This document shows positions 36,312-50,100 of a stretch of 64,000 nt of DNA, piece after piece. The position numbers and the translations under genes are program-made. This stretch comes from Felis catus. Its lineage: Eukaryota. Position 1 is the first letter of the stretch. Every line of letters begins with the position of its first letter. The notes under the pieces were generated by a model that worked only from the letters and a program-made list of their open reading frames with translations, was not told the DNA's origin and did no database searches. Location of the stretch: NCBI RefSeq assembly GCF_018350175.1, contig NC_058383.1, positions 16,866,001-16,930,000 on the forward strand, written 5' to 3'.

Positions 36312-36532
36312 GGGGCGCCTGGGTGGCGCAGTCGGTTAAGCGTCCGACTTCAGCCAGGTCACGATCTCACGGTCCGTGAGCTCGAGCCCCGCGTCAGGCT
36401 CTGGGCTGATGGCTCAGAACCTGGAGCCTGTTTCCGATTCTGTGTCTCCCTCTCTCTCTGCCCCTCCCCCGTTCATGCTCTGTCTCTCTCTGTCCCAAAA
36501 ATAAATAAACGTTGAAAAAAAAATAAATTAAA
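36312..36532 (+). mobile_element. Young CAN-SINE
   Basis: CpG-intact body; perfect 16-bp TSD TAAAATCATTAGCCTC 36296-36311 / 36533-36548. Confidence 0.95.
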
Positions 36533-37838
36533 TAAAATCATTAGCCTCAAATACGAGTCCTGCCTCAGTGCCTAGAAGAGTAGCAGCTGCTCACTAAATA
36601 TTTGTTAAATGAATAAATGAATGATTTTGTCACTTTTCAGCTCTGTAACCTCAGTGAAGTCACTCCACATATATCTTAGTTTCCTTGTTTGTGAAGAAGG
36701 AATAAAATAATAACTACTTTACAAGGGCTACTGAGAGAATAAATTCATTCATTCTACTATTTGGTATTTGGCACCCACCCACCTTGTGCCAGGCACTGGA
36801 TATATATTCAGTGCCAAAGACAAAGTTCCTGTCCTCCTGGAGTTTATGTTCTAGTGGCATGAATAGAGGATGAATTAATTATAAGGAAAACATTTGAGAA
36901 ATAGGGCAGGACCCAATCTACGGAGCTTTGTGGGTCAAGACAAGAAGTTTGTGTTTTTATTTCCAACTGTGAAGAAAAACCACTGAAAGATTTGAAGGAG
37001 AGTGTTTCTTCCATAAAAGTAATTGGAAGTCACTAAGAGGTTTTAAGCAGAGGAACTTTAAACTTCGTGGACAGTGGACTGTAAGGAGGCAGCAGTGGAG
37101 GTGTGGGGATCAATGAGGGTAAAGTCAAGGAGATAAGCAGTTTGTGACATTCTGCTCAGTGTTTGGTATACTGTTGAATGCAGGCTGCCAAGAGGTTTCA
37201 TGGGGTCGGAAAAGGGGAACAATCACTCATCTCTTTGTTAAGTCACTGATCTGGACACTTCTCAAAGAAGTGTATGAGTCCTTGTCTTCAGACACTTACA
37301 GTCCATTTGGAAAGACAAGACATAGATACCTAACAAATGCAAACACAAACTGGCTCCAGAAAGCACATGCTGAGAGTTAAATAAGTGCTACAGTTAAATA
37401 AGGGCTGCCATGGTATCTGAGCAGAGGGAGGTTAATGTGGACAATAGCGGTCAGTAAAGCTGAGAGGCCCATAATTACTGTGATACTATATAGCAATTTG
37501 CCCAGAACAACTCCAGTCTGTTTTCCAAATTAATAAATGCAATTATTAATGGTGCCTCCTTTAATGACACTCTCAAAAATTCTGATTTGGATAATGAATT
37601 ATATGGTGATGCTAATCATGAGGGCCATTTGAACTGCCTCATATGGAGGAAAAAGCCCTACATTTGAATACTTGACATTAACTCCAAATAATGGTCAACA
37701 CGTAAATAGCATATTCTGTGTGCCAAACGTAGTTTGAAAAGCTTTACATATATAACGCATTTGATATTCATCCCAACCCTATTGTCCCATTTTACAGATG
37801 AAGAAACTGAAAAACAGTGAGTTAAGAAACTTGCCCAA

Positions 37839-38068
37839 GGGGCGCCTGGGTGGCGCAGTCGGTTAAGCGTCCGACTTCAGCCAGGTCACGATCTCGCGGT
37901 CCGTGAGTTCGAGTCCCGCGTCGGGCTCTGGGCTGATGGCTCAGAGCCTGGAGCCTGTTTCCGATTCTGTGTCTCCCTCTCTCTCTGCCCCTCCCCCGTT
38001 CATGCTCTGTCTCTCTCTGTCCCAAAAATAAATAAACGTTGAAAAAAAATTAAAAAAAAAAAAAAAGA
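37839..38068 (+). mobile_element. Young CAN-SINE inserted into a MIR
   Basis: Perfect TSD AAGAAACTTGCCCAAG 37824-37839 / 38069-38084; flanks show the MIR core CCCATTTTACAGATGAAGAAACTGA. Confidence 0.95.
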
Positions 38069-38212
38069 AAGAAACTTGCCCAAGATCTCATAGATACTAA
38101 GTTACAGAACCTAGACTCAAACTAAGGCCCTCTGAGGGAATTCACTCATAGCAGTTGGCTTCAGAGTTCAGTGCACTCACAGAGGCTAACACTTAAAATA
38201 TTACACATTTGT

Positions 38213-38422
38213 CAGTGTGGAGGTTCCTCAAAAAGTTAAAAATAGAACTACCCTATGATCCAGCAATTGCACTACTAGGTATTTACCCAAAGAATACAAA
38301 AATACTAATTCAAAGGGATGCGTGCACCCCAATGTTTATAGCAGCAATATATATAGTAGTTTATAACAGCCACACTGTGGAAACAGCCCAAGTGTCCATT
38401 GACTGATGAATGGATAAAGAAG

Positions 38423-38476
<54 letters not shown>

Positions 38477-38888
38477 GGAATATTACTCAACCATTAAAAA
38501 GAATGAAATTTTGCCATCTGCAATGACACGAATGGAGCTAGAGAGGATTAGGCTAAGCAAAATAAATCAGTCAGAGAAAGACAAATACCATACGATGTCA
38601 CTCGTGGAATTTCAGAAACAAAACAAATGAGCATAGAGGAAAAAAGAGAGAGAAAGGCAAACCAACAAAATGGACCCAACTATAGAGAACAAACATGGTT
38701 ACCAGAGTGGAGGTGGGTGGAGAGATGGGTTAAATAGGTGATGGGCATTAAGCAGAACACTTGTGATGAGCACCGGGTATTGTATGGAAGTGTTGAATCA
38801 CCGAATTGTACACCTGAAACCAATATGACACTTTGTTAACTAACTGGAATTAAAATAAAAACATAAATAGATACATACATACATATGT
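38213..38888 (+). mobile_element. Carnivore L1 3' fragment containing (CA)n
   Basis: [24 protein letters not shown]; (CA)n 38428-38474; degenerate TSD AAAATATTACACATTTGT / AAAATATTATATGTTTGT. Confidence 0.9.
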
Positions 38889-39071
38889 AAAATATTATAT
38901 GTTTGTAACCCTTCAATTTTTCACTCTACCAAGAAACTAAAATTTAAGAAAAAATAATGATAATAATGAAGTGCCCCAGGTCTATCTTAGCAGCAAGGAG
39001 ACTCTGTGTAGGTCTCAGATAAGGTGAAGCGGGGTAGAAGGGCTTCCAGGTTGAGGTCCAAGAGGATAGTC

Positions 39072-39786
39072 TGATGTGGTTTTGGAGTGGTGGTGGATCC
39101 AAACTAATGGCCAAGAAAGAATTCTTGAGACATCTTTGGTGCAAAAAGGTGATTTTATTAAAGCACAGGGACAGGACCTGTGAGCAGAAAGAGCTGCACT
39201 AGGGCTGTGATGAGTGACCAATTATATACTATGGATTTGGGGGAGGTAAAGGCAAAAGGGAGACCTCCAAAAGACTTTCATATGCTAAAGAGGACTCCTA
39301 CCATACTGGAGGCATTGCTATTGTCAAGTTAAAGTTGTTTTCCCTCTAGTAAGATATTAACATTATGACAAGACAGTTGGGAGTTTATTGGAGGAATGTT
39401 TTACTCTGCCTATCTCAAATATTTGTCAATGGGCTGCAGGTTATAAATTTAATTTTATTTGTATTTTCATCTTGCCTTTATTCTCCACATCACCATGGAG
39501 GGGAGGGTAGTGTTAGGGCTCCAGGAAATTGAGTCTATGGGTTTCTGGAGGTTAGGCTATTGATAAGATGGCCTTTTTCTTATAATTTACTAAGACATTT
39601 ATAAACTTATGGAGACTCATGTCCTGAATGACTGTGCTCTGTATCAATTATCCATTGGTTTTCCCCTTTCCTTTGTTCTTGGGCAACTGTGAGTGCCTGA
39701 GGAAGGTCACATATATCCCACCTGGGGTGGGTGTAGGGGGTTGCTGGCTTGTGCTTTGCCCTCACTTGCCTTATGCTTCCTTATCA
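39072..39786 (-). mobile_element. Solo LTR (carnivore ERV1-like) upstream of RUSF1
   Basis: TGATG...TTATCA ends; homologous to the LTRs at 26807 and 27961; TSD imperfect. Confidence 0.82.
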
Positions 39787-39879
39787 GTTCGGAAAAATCA
39801 GAAGTTTCAACCAGGGAGTCAGACTATGGGAGTCCAAGAATGCCAGACTAAGAAACCCAGATGTTTTATTTTCTGCTTT

Positions 39880-39910
<31 letters not shown>

Positions 39911-40559
39911 GAGAGAGAGGGCACTTTTAGCAAATTTCAACTTTGGAATCAGTACATTGCACTAGATGGAAGGAGAAAGGGAGAGAGGGAAAGAGAAAAA
40001 GGGGTGAGTTGGGAGACAGAAACACTGTCTTTAGACTCTCCCCTCAATTTCTTGGATAAGCACAATAAACACACAAACACCCCAGTAAACACACAAGAAC
40101 TTCTTGCCTATTTCTCATTTTCTGAGACTATTAATTAGAACCCCTTGATTTTCTCATTCCTCGGATGTCCTAAAGATCCTTTCAGAAATAATACTCTTCC
40201 AGTCATGAGTAAGGCCCAGGATCTCAGGGATCATTTGCTCCAACTTCTCATGCATTAGTTCATTCTTTCATCCATGCATGCATTCATAGTATCTTTTAAG
40301 CACCTACTGTGTGTTAGGTTCTGGGGATAAAATAAGGAGTAATATATAGTCCCTGTCTTCACAACAACAACAACAAAAGTACCTGAGGCCCAGAGAGGGA
40401 CACTGACTTTCCCAAAATCACACAACTAAAAATTCTGTGGCCGCACTGGTTCTCAAACACAACGGTTCCCCAGGGATGCCCTCTTTCCTTCTCCCCAAAA
40501 TTGAGAGTTGCGGGTTACAGGAAAGCAGGTATCTCCAGGACTTGGCAGGCTAAACCGTT

Positions 40560-41120
40560 CCCACTGTTCGGGCGGCCCAGCTACAAAAGGGCGGGGACCA
40601 GCCCTGGGGTGTCCTCAGAGAAGCCAGGAGGTAAGAGAGGAAATGTGGGTTCCCAGGCTGCACAAAGCAGGACGCGAATGCCCGCGACCTTTTGGCGAGG
40701 AAAGATTGCACCTCTACAGCCGCCGTAGCCAAGACGGAAATGTAGTCCCGCCACGTTTCCTGTCTAGCGGGCCTGAAGGAAGAGCTGCGAGATGGCTGAC
40801 GCCACGAATCTTAATCGCCCACTGTGCTGTGAACAGTTCGGTTCCGGGGCGGCGCGGGGCTGTTTCGCCGCCGCGGACGGGAGTCTGCAGTGGGAAGCTT
40901 GGGGGTGGCGCTGGTGGGATTTCTCCGGGGCCTTTACAGTGAAACCCCAAAGACTGGCTGGCGGCGCAGGGGGTGCTCTCGGCACTGCTTCACCACCTCT
41001 CTCCAGCCTCATAGCCGTGTTCCTGCCGCAGGGCTTCCCCGATAGCGTCAGCCCGGACTATCTGCCCTACCAGTTATGGGATTCCGTGCAGGTCAGCCCG
41101 GCCGACTGGGGTCGGGGGGA
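40560..41120 (+). promoter_or_regulatory. RUSF1: RUSF1 CpG-island promoter
   Basis: Local CpG density; GC box GGGGCGGGG ~40588; GGAAATGTAGT 40736-40746 (reverse ACTACAnnTCC, ZNF143/THAP11-type motif); no TATA. Confidence 0.75.
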
Positions 41121-44100
41121 GCCTATATCCACGGGTGAGGGAGGCAATTCGGGCCACCTCTGTCTCCCCATTTAGAAATTGGAGACTGAGGCCGAGAGCG
41201 GGACTGTGACAAGTTCCAGTTCACACATCTGGAAGAGCTGATGATAAATAGAATTTAGGCCATCGTGCTCCTGCGCACACTTCTCACCACACCTTTTTTT
41301 CTTCTCCAGGCCTTTGCTTCCAGCCTCTCAGGCTCCCTCGCCACCCACGCAGTCTTGCTGGGCATAGGGGTGGGGAACGCAAAAGCTTCTGTTTCAGCTG
41401 CCACTGCCACCTGGTTGGTGAAAGGTGAGCTGGGCCCCTGGGGCCTCGCCTGTCACTGCTGTCAGCCTTGCCACCTCTCTGGCCTCTTTTTGCCCTGACT
41501 GGGAAGCCCAGCCCCTCCCTTCCCCCACTCCAGTGGTCTGGCCTCTAGTACTGGGCTGTGATGTGTATATTTCCGGACTCGTGCCTGATTGGATCTGGGA
41601 GCCAACTCTCCCGGTTCCTAGAACAGTGCCTTGTGCCCTGTTAAAAAACAAAATTCAGCTGGGTTAATTATAAATATTTTTATTGCTTTATTCAACGATA
41701 ACTAGTCGCCCACCACCAGAATGCTCTCATCCTGAGCACCGGCTTTGCAGCCACACTCAGTTCCCTATACATACTGTTCAGAGTCCGTAAATCACCTGGA
41801 GCTTGAATCGCTAAATTAATCTTTCCCCTCCTTTACCTCTAGTCTTTGTGTAGAGCTGCATAAGACTATGGTTATTGAATAAAAGCAACAGCTTCCAGAA
41901 GTGTGGGAAATTTGTTCTAGAAAAAAAACAATTTTGTAATAGTCCTGAGTAGGAAAGAGGAGGTTATGGGAAGAATGAAAGGCATTTTGGAAACTCTTGG
42001 AATACTAGATGATGGTATAATTATTATAACTATCTGTTGGATGTGTACAGCATTTTTAAAAACCATTAATGAAAAGTAAAGCATATGGTTTGGTACCATG
42101 CCACCTAGAGAGCGAAGTAGAGAAGAAAAGGATTTGTGGCTGTCTCCACTGTCCCTTGTCTTTTATTACTATTTCCAGTGGGCACTTAAATCAGACCCAA
42201 GGGAAGGCCCTTTTTCAGCATGAGCCTGGCCACATCTCTGGTGAGCCTCCATGGATCTTTTAGAGGATCAGGAAGCCCATGCTTGCATCCTTACCATTAA
42301 GACTGAGCAAACTGGCCAAATGTGAGTCACCTCTTGAAAGAAGCCCTTTCTCTGATAGTGGAGAAGTGGTGATCTGTGGCTTCTTGTAGTTACCTCTTCT
42401 TTTAATAATAATAGTTGACACAGTGTTTATTATTTGCCAGTCATTAAGTGTACTGACTTTGCAGTAGCTCTGAGATAGGTATTGTCATTATCCCCATTTT
42501 ACAGATAAACTAAGGCACGAAAAAAGTAACTTGGCTAGGGTCACAGCCAGTAACTTATAGGACGTGGATTTGAACCAGAGTGTGTCCTTAATTTGGACCT
42601 TTTCTGTTGCTCTGCTATAGGCTGGGTGTTTGGAATTCAGTAGTTGATGTTTTCATGTCATTTCTAAGTACCCTACTCTTTTCGCCAACATGTTGCCTAT
42701 GTATGTCTTAAAGTTACTAAAAAAAAAAAAATGAGATCACTTTAAGATATGCAGAAATATCCACTTTTTAAAGCCTGCTGTTGGTATCAAAACAAGCTTT
42801 CATTAAACTGAAGCACAGAGAGGTTTAGCCACTTGGCCTAAGTTAATGTAGGGCCAGGATTTGGACCCACACCAATGGACTCCTGTGTCCCACTCTTAAC
42901 TACCACTGACTTTTGCCAGTGGGATTGAGAGTGGAGCCTTGTACAATTTGTAGACAGCTGATCCCTTACTGCTGCTCAAAAATTTCTAGATCATACAGCT
43001 CAACTAATTGTAACTGAGGCAAGTAGGAATTAAGTTTCCTAGTCTAGTGGACAGTGTTGACTTTGAGATAATAGGAAGGTATGTGTCATTATTACATCCT
43101 AGTGCCAACTTCCAGATTCTGACAAGGGCCTTGCAGACTGTTGATGAAAGGTAGAATACGCCCCCTTTCTACCTAGTGGCCCTTGTATGCAGGACATACA
43201 CCTTATTGGGATGTGAGTGTGCAGTCAGAAGGAAGAAAAAGAGTCTGGCCCAGTGAGCTCCCTCAACAAGTAAAAATAATCTGAGCATGTTCAAAGTCAC
43301 TAAGTTGATCCAATACAAGAATCTTAAGTAGAACAATAAAAATTTTGTGGAGAATAAAATATACTTGAAAGGAAGAGGGTAAGATAAGTGATAGAGGGAG
43401 GAAGCCTGTAAAGCCACCTGGTGGGTATTATTTCCAGGGACACACAGGGGACAGAAATGTAGCAGCAGAGCAGGCCTGATGAGAAATGTGTTGTACACAT
43501 GCCTCCTCTGAGGTAGCCACTGCTTAGCCCCAGCCAGTTGCAGTAGTAAGGGAAGGCAGGCTCAGTATTGCCACGTCTTCAGGTTCTTCCAAAAAAAGCA
43601 GGAAATGCAGATTTTCTTGTAAAATGTCCCGTTTTTATTGACTGTCTTCCTGGAGCTTCAGTTGCTTCATCTGTGAAAGGGAGTGCTCTCTTGGAAGCTC
43701 ATAGGATTGTTGTGAAGGTTGAAAGCAGTAGGGATTTCAGGTGCCCACCAGAGTGTTTAGTGGTGTTCCTCAAGCCCAGGGTTGGAGAAAGATGTCTAGA
43801 TAGAAGGCCTCACTGCCGAAGGATAGAGGTTGTGGCAAGAGGTGAGTACGTCTTTTCCAGTGGAGAATGGGGAAGGCCATCTTATAGTCCCCACCTTTAT
43901 ATGTTGTAGGAGACTTCCAACCCTCCTCACAGCTTAGTTTCTCTTCTCCTTGCATTTGCCACTTAAGGGTCCATGCCTTCAATTTCAAACAAGGTAAGAG
44001 TCCTCTGTCCACTGTATGAGGCCTTCCCAATTGTTTGGTTCTAAAACAGTCCTTTGTGATCCCCCTCCTGAACTTACTGAGTGCTACTCTCAGTATAAAG

Positions 44101-47100
44101 GGTGTAAATTAGGGGTTGGCAAACGCTGTAAAGGATGCGATGATAAATATTTTACACATTGTAAGCTCTATAGTTTCAGTCACAGCAAATCTGCTACATG
44201 TCACAAAAACAGCCATAGACGGTCTGTAAATGAGTGGTCACAGCTATGTTCCAATAAAACTTTATTTATAAAACAGGGAGTAGAAGACTACAGACCACAG
44301 TTAACTGATCCTTGGTCTAAATCAATGTTTTTCATACTGATTGTTTTCCTTTTACACTGGATTTTGAGTCCAGAACCATGACCTTCTGAGTCACTGGTAT
44401 TCCCCTTACCTCACATAGTGTCTGGCAGCAAGTAAGTAGCCAGTAAGCATTTATTGTTCAAATGAAGGTCTGGCTGATTCTAGAGACTTCTCTGACTCTC
44501 TTTAGCCTGAGGAAGCCTCTCCCTCTACCCCATGCCCCCAGCTCTTTGTCATCAACCTGCAGATCAAGTCCCTTTTTTAAAATTTATACTCTAATGAGTA
44601 TCAATTAAAATTTAAATTAAAACTCACCTGTGAACCTATTGTCCAACCTAAGAACTAGAATATCAACAATAACCTTTCAACTTTCCACACAGGATTTCTT
44701 GCTTTTCCTTTTTTTTTTTTTTTAATAGGTGTTCCATATAGATATATATACCAGAATACTGTATTGCTCAGTTTTAAAGCCTTATGAAAAGTGTATTTTG
44801 TTCTATGTAGTTTTCATGGCTTACTTTTTCATTCAAGATTATATTACTAGGATTCCTCCATTTTGATATGAGTAGTTGTGCATTAGATTTTCCCTGCTGT
44901 CTACTGTGCCACTGAGGGAATGTACTAGAATCTGTGTATTCTGCTGTCAGTGAGCATTTGTGTTATTCCCAGTTTTTTGCCGTTTATGCAAAGAATGTTT
45001 CTGGTCCGTGTCTTGGCATGCATGGGTGCATAGTTCTCTTGGGTACATACTCAGGAACTACTAAGTCTAGACACTTCTGACCCCATCATACAGCTCTGTC
45101 TATCCAATATTTATTGTACCAAACTGAGCTCCTAGAGCAGTGACCCAAGGTGAATCATCTGTTTCAGTGCCAGGGTCTGCCAGGCTCAACAGCCCCCAAG
45201 GCTCTCCCTTGTTCCTTACCAGTGCTTCTCTCCCCCAGATTCAACTGGCATGTTGGGCCGCATCATCTTTGCCTGGTGGAAAGGGTGAGTTTGTCTTCCT
45301 TTGGCCACTCTCCCCAGGCAGGGGTCATGTCTGTCTCATCCCTGGCTGTATTTTCAGCTCCGCCTTTCTCCTGCCAGTCTCAAGGGGAGGGGAAATTTAG
45401 GAATTACTTTATCAGAGCAAAGGAGTCCTTCATGAGTATCCAGTCCAGGGGAATCACCCTAGCAGTGAAGCCACAGAGCCATTGCTATGATCAGATCTGC
45501 CTTCATGAGCACTGATATGCCACTCTGCTGCCCATCATGGAAAAATACAGCCACAAGGCTCTAAATGTCCTCTGCTTGTTGAAAGAGAAGCCTGAACAGG
45601 ATAGTGCTTAATTCAAAAGGAATGATTTTACTCCAGAAGCTACTTTGGTGGCTCAGATACCTGATTGGATTTTGTTGAGCCTGGTAGGGAGTGGACTTGG
45701 GCAAGTAATCAAGATCCTTGTCCCACATCGAGTCAGACTTCCCATTTATCTAGAAGAGTTTAAGGATCTTATGCTGCCTGCTTCCTCCTCAAGCCAGTAT
45801 TGGGCAACCTTAGGAGTGATTTATTATCTGCCAATAATCATAGGCAGACAGTACCTACAATTTGTTCAGTGAGATAACTTATCCAAAGTGCATACCATAT
45901 TGTGGCACATAGTAAGTGCTCAGAAAACACTAGCTGCTGTTAACAGCTCCATGCCTCACAAGCTCTGTATATATCATCTCTAGTCCTTAGAACAGCTTTG
46001 TAGAGAGGATTGAATATGTACATTTTACAGATGCAAAGCAGACCTAAAAAGGGAAGTCACTTGCCCAAGTCGCACAGCTTATAACTAATAGCATCAAGCT
46101 GCTTTACTGGGCAGAGCCATAGACCAGGCCCACTGTTTTAGTCCTGCCTTTGCCATTGATTCCCTCAGGAGTTCCTCTTGTGTGTCCCATACCCCACCTA
46201 GGAGTGTTCCCTTTCCTTCCAGATTTCAAAGTAAGAACAGGGCTAAATTCTGAGCTGGTCTGAGGGCTGCAACATCCCGTGCCACTGGACTCTTGGAGAA
46301 GAGTGTTTGTGCACGGGCCAGGAGTCCCTCTGCCTGGCAGAAGAGGTATCCATCCTCTCATGTGATAGAAATGTCCTAGGCCTGGATATCAGAGCCTGCC
46401 TCTTTCTCTTGGCCTTTTTCTTTTTTTTTTTTCTCTTGGATCCCGCTTTCCATGTGATCTGAGGGAAGTCATGTCCCTTCTCTGAGCAGAAGTTACACTA
46501 AATGTAGTTGTTTACCAGTCCAAACTATGTGGACTTCTTGCTGGGTACCCTTGACCATGTGGGAAGAAGATGGGGTGGGGGGGGGGGGCGGGGAGATGGA
46601 AGAGGGACCCAGGGATGACCTCTTACAGGAGGGGCAGAGGGTGAGGAGCAACCACAAGACAAATCAGTTTTTTTCCTAGATGTATCATGTGTTAGTAAAG
46701 GGGCAACACTAAGTGACCACTGAAGGTCCTCCCAGCTAATGGTATTTCAGGCAGCAGTGATAGGGTGTTGGGATAGATGTCTGCCTGGGGTATGGATTTT
46801 GCTGAGCCTTCAGACCTTACCTCAGACTAAGGATGGCCTGCATTGCCCACAGGATGTGTTTTCTCCTTATATCCAAATTGCAAACCAACCTCTCCTCCCC
46901 AACAGGAGTAAACTGGACTGCAATGCCAAGCAATGGAGGTAAGGAGGGGCTGAGACCGAAGGGAGGGAAGTCTTCTATTGTGAAGGTCTCTTACCTCTGA
47001 TCTCTAACCTCTGATCCCTTCCCCCAGGCTTTTTGCTGATATCCTCAACGATGTAGCTATGTTCCTCGAGATTATGGCTCCCATTTATCCAATCTTTTTC

Positions 47101-50100
47101 ACCATTACCATCTGTACCAGCAACCTGGCCAAGGTACCCACTTCTGGGGCACCCGCATACCTCCCTTGGTGGTGATGTGTGGGCTTACTGTGGGCCCACA
47201 GGTGAGCCCAGCCTGGGCCCTGTGTTCAAAACACTTGTGGAAAAGTGGAAAAGTTCAGAGTTTTCTACTCAGACTCAACCACATTTTCTGATACTCCAGC
47301 CAGGTAGCTTCTAGTGCCTCACATATTCTAAGACAGTGTCTGAAGTCACAGGATTGGTGAGGGAGCTCTGAGCTGAAAGATAGAAAGTGTGGTCCAGTGT
47401 CAACATCTTGGGATCAGCTCCCAGGCTCTTTCATTCTTTCAGTAAAATATTTATTGAGTATGTACTGCATGTTTGGCATGGAATATAGGACCTCCCCCCC
47501 CCTTTTTTTTTAAATTTTTATTTATTTTTGAGAGAGACAGCCCGAACAGGGGAGGGGAAGCAGACTCCAGGCTCCGCGCTGTCAGCACAGAGCCCAGCCT
47601 GGGGCTTGAACTCACAAACTGCAAGATCATGACCTGAGCCGAAGTCAGACGCTTAACTGACTGAGCCACCCTAGCGCCCCAGGGCCCTCCCATATCTTCT
47701 TTGAAGAAAGCTGCACATAATTAAACAACTATTTATAGAATTATAGCTACAGGTATTCCAGATGAGAAGTGTAGGGGGCTGCAAGAGGGTTGAGCAGAAG
47801 TTCTGGCCTAGTCAAGAGATGCAGGAAGACCTTTCCTGGGCCTGGGTCCTGAAGAATGGGTTTAAGGTAAACAGTGGATGTTTTTGAGCAGAAGGAATAG
47901 TGTGGGTCATGGTTCAGTGGCAAGACAAAACACAAAGTGAATGGTAAGGCTGGAGGGTGACATGGGGTGAATGTGAGCTCTTCCTCTGCCAATTCCTTCA
48001 GGTTGGCTGCATCCAAATGAGAAAACTGGAGCATAGCAAAGTTCAGTAAGAGCTTAGCGTGTCTTCACCAAAGGTTAAGTACCTGGCACAGAGCAGTGAC
48101 TCAAGAAGACATGTTAAGATCCATCTCAAAATCGTACCTATCTGTTTACAATCACTTTAGAGCAGTGCTTCTCCATGGTGATATTTCAGATACAACAGTT
48201 CTTTGTGTGGAGTACATTTAGCCCAGGTACCAGTAACTGGCCCAGGCATGCTGCCCTGAGCACCCCCTCCAACCCCAGAACAGGAAACACCAGAGAAAAC
48301 CATTGCTTGCAGCTGTGAACCAACGATTGCAAGCTCTGCCATCTGTTTCAAGTTAGGTATTATATTCTGCCCTTAGGGCCTCAGTCTCTTCATCTGTCAA
48401 ATAAAGGAGTAGAATAGGGCCATGAACTTTCCCTGACCACCCCCACCCTTTCTAGAGTTCTGGTCTCCGTGACTAATACCTCTGTCCCCCAGGTACACCA
48501 TCCAGAAGGCTGGTTGTCATCCATGCCTGTCTTCCTGGCCCACTATCCCCCTCAGCTAAACCTCTATTTAGTTCTGTTATTTTTCCTTCCTAAATCTCTC
48601 TAACCCATTCACTCCACCTGTGCATCACCTGGTGGTTCCTTATTGCTGGAAAAGCATGGTTGCTTCCTAGGTAGTCTCCCTGCTTCCATTCTGCCTCTCT
48701 TCAGTTACTTCTCAGAGCAGCCCATAATCCTTTTAAGAATGGAAATCCAATAAGTTCACTTCCCTGACTGGTGGGTCCTAGGATAAAGACTTTAACAAGG
48801 TTTGCAAGATTCCACGTGATCAGGTCACTCCAGCCTCAATTTGTACCACATTCCTCTTACCTTTGAACATTTCTTCTGCCTGCACGACAACTTGTTTATT
48901 TATTGTCTATTGATTTGTAGATTTATCTAAGTTATGTCACAGCACTAAATCTGTGTCTGGCATCTAAAAGAGATTTGATAAATAATGAGATGGATGACAG
49001 TGATCAGTGACCCTCATTGATGAGTTCTACCATCTTAGATCTCAGGGATTGAGGTCCAGGTACACTGGGAGGTCAGGACCATCATTGTGGGTTTTGAACT
49101 GGCCTGGAAGACTTGACTAGTCCTCTGGGACAGGAGGAGAGGAATTTGTTATAGGCAGAATGTAAGCACAAAGTTGGAAACCAGACTGGGCCTGGGAGCT
49201 TAGCAGAGGGGTGGGTGCAGCCAAAGTAGGAGTTGCAGGCTGGGGAAGTTCTGAGCTAAGAATAGTCTGTGGGCCTCCACCTTGGGGAACGAAATGGAGT
49301 TCCTTGGGACTGGGTCATAGGGAGATATGGCAGGCAGAGCTTTAGTTTTCTCCAGGAATAAGAGGGGAGGGGGACCTAGTGGAAGTATGGGGATGAGAAC
49401 AAGACACTAAGGACAGCATTCAGAATTTTGCTGTTTGGTCACCTGGTGCCTGGTTTTCTCAAACTGGTTTGGGTCATTTACTCAGCTCAGCCATAGAGGT
49501 GCCTATGTTGCCATAACACATGGCCATTCTGACCTTCACTCTCTCTTTTCCCACCTAGTGCATTGTGAGTGTGGCTGGTGGGGCCACTCGGGCTGCCCTG
49601 ACCATGCACCAGGCCCGGAGAAACAACATGGCTGATGTGTCAGCCAAGGATAGCAGTCAGGTGAGCAGCTGGAATTGGGGTTGGGGGGAGTTGGAGCAGG
49701 GAGGCAGGTTAGGCCATTATTTGGGAATATGGAGAGATGTACCTAAGCGCTCCTGAGGGTAGATAGGGGAGACACAGGAAGAAGTCCCTGCTCTTGACTC
49801 AAATTGATAGCATGAGTTCTAGTGGCAAAAAGCCCAAGCTGATCATCTCAGCCCCTCCTTTCTCCCTGTGTGGCCAAGAGTGGGCCCTTGCCCTGACCTT
49901 CACCCTCTCTAGGCCATAGTCCCAAACTAAGAGGAGGATGTCTGGTCATGTGTCCCATATGTTAAAGCACTTGGCAAGTCAAAAAGTGCTCAGCATATGA
50001 GATGGCTGGGGTCATTGGCCAGGGGTCTCCACTTGACAGTATTGTAGGCCTTTCTGGTCCAGCCCCTCATCAGACCAGAGCACCCTCAAGTAGAGGTGGG

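Noticed and set aside
26807..39786. Same-orientation LTRs at 26807 and 39072 as the two ends of a provirus
   Set aside because: The left LTR has its own complete TSD, lengths differ, and the interval holds AHSP with no gag/pol/env.
46572..46595. G-run (possible G-quadruplex) in RUSF1 intron 3
   Set aside because: Simple homopolymer tract, common in GC-rich introns; no further support.
5367..47680. tRNA-like A/B boxes
   Set aside because: They are heads of tRNA-derived CAN-SINEs, not tRNA genes; no rRNA or CRISPR features were seen.
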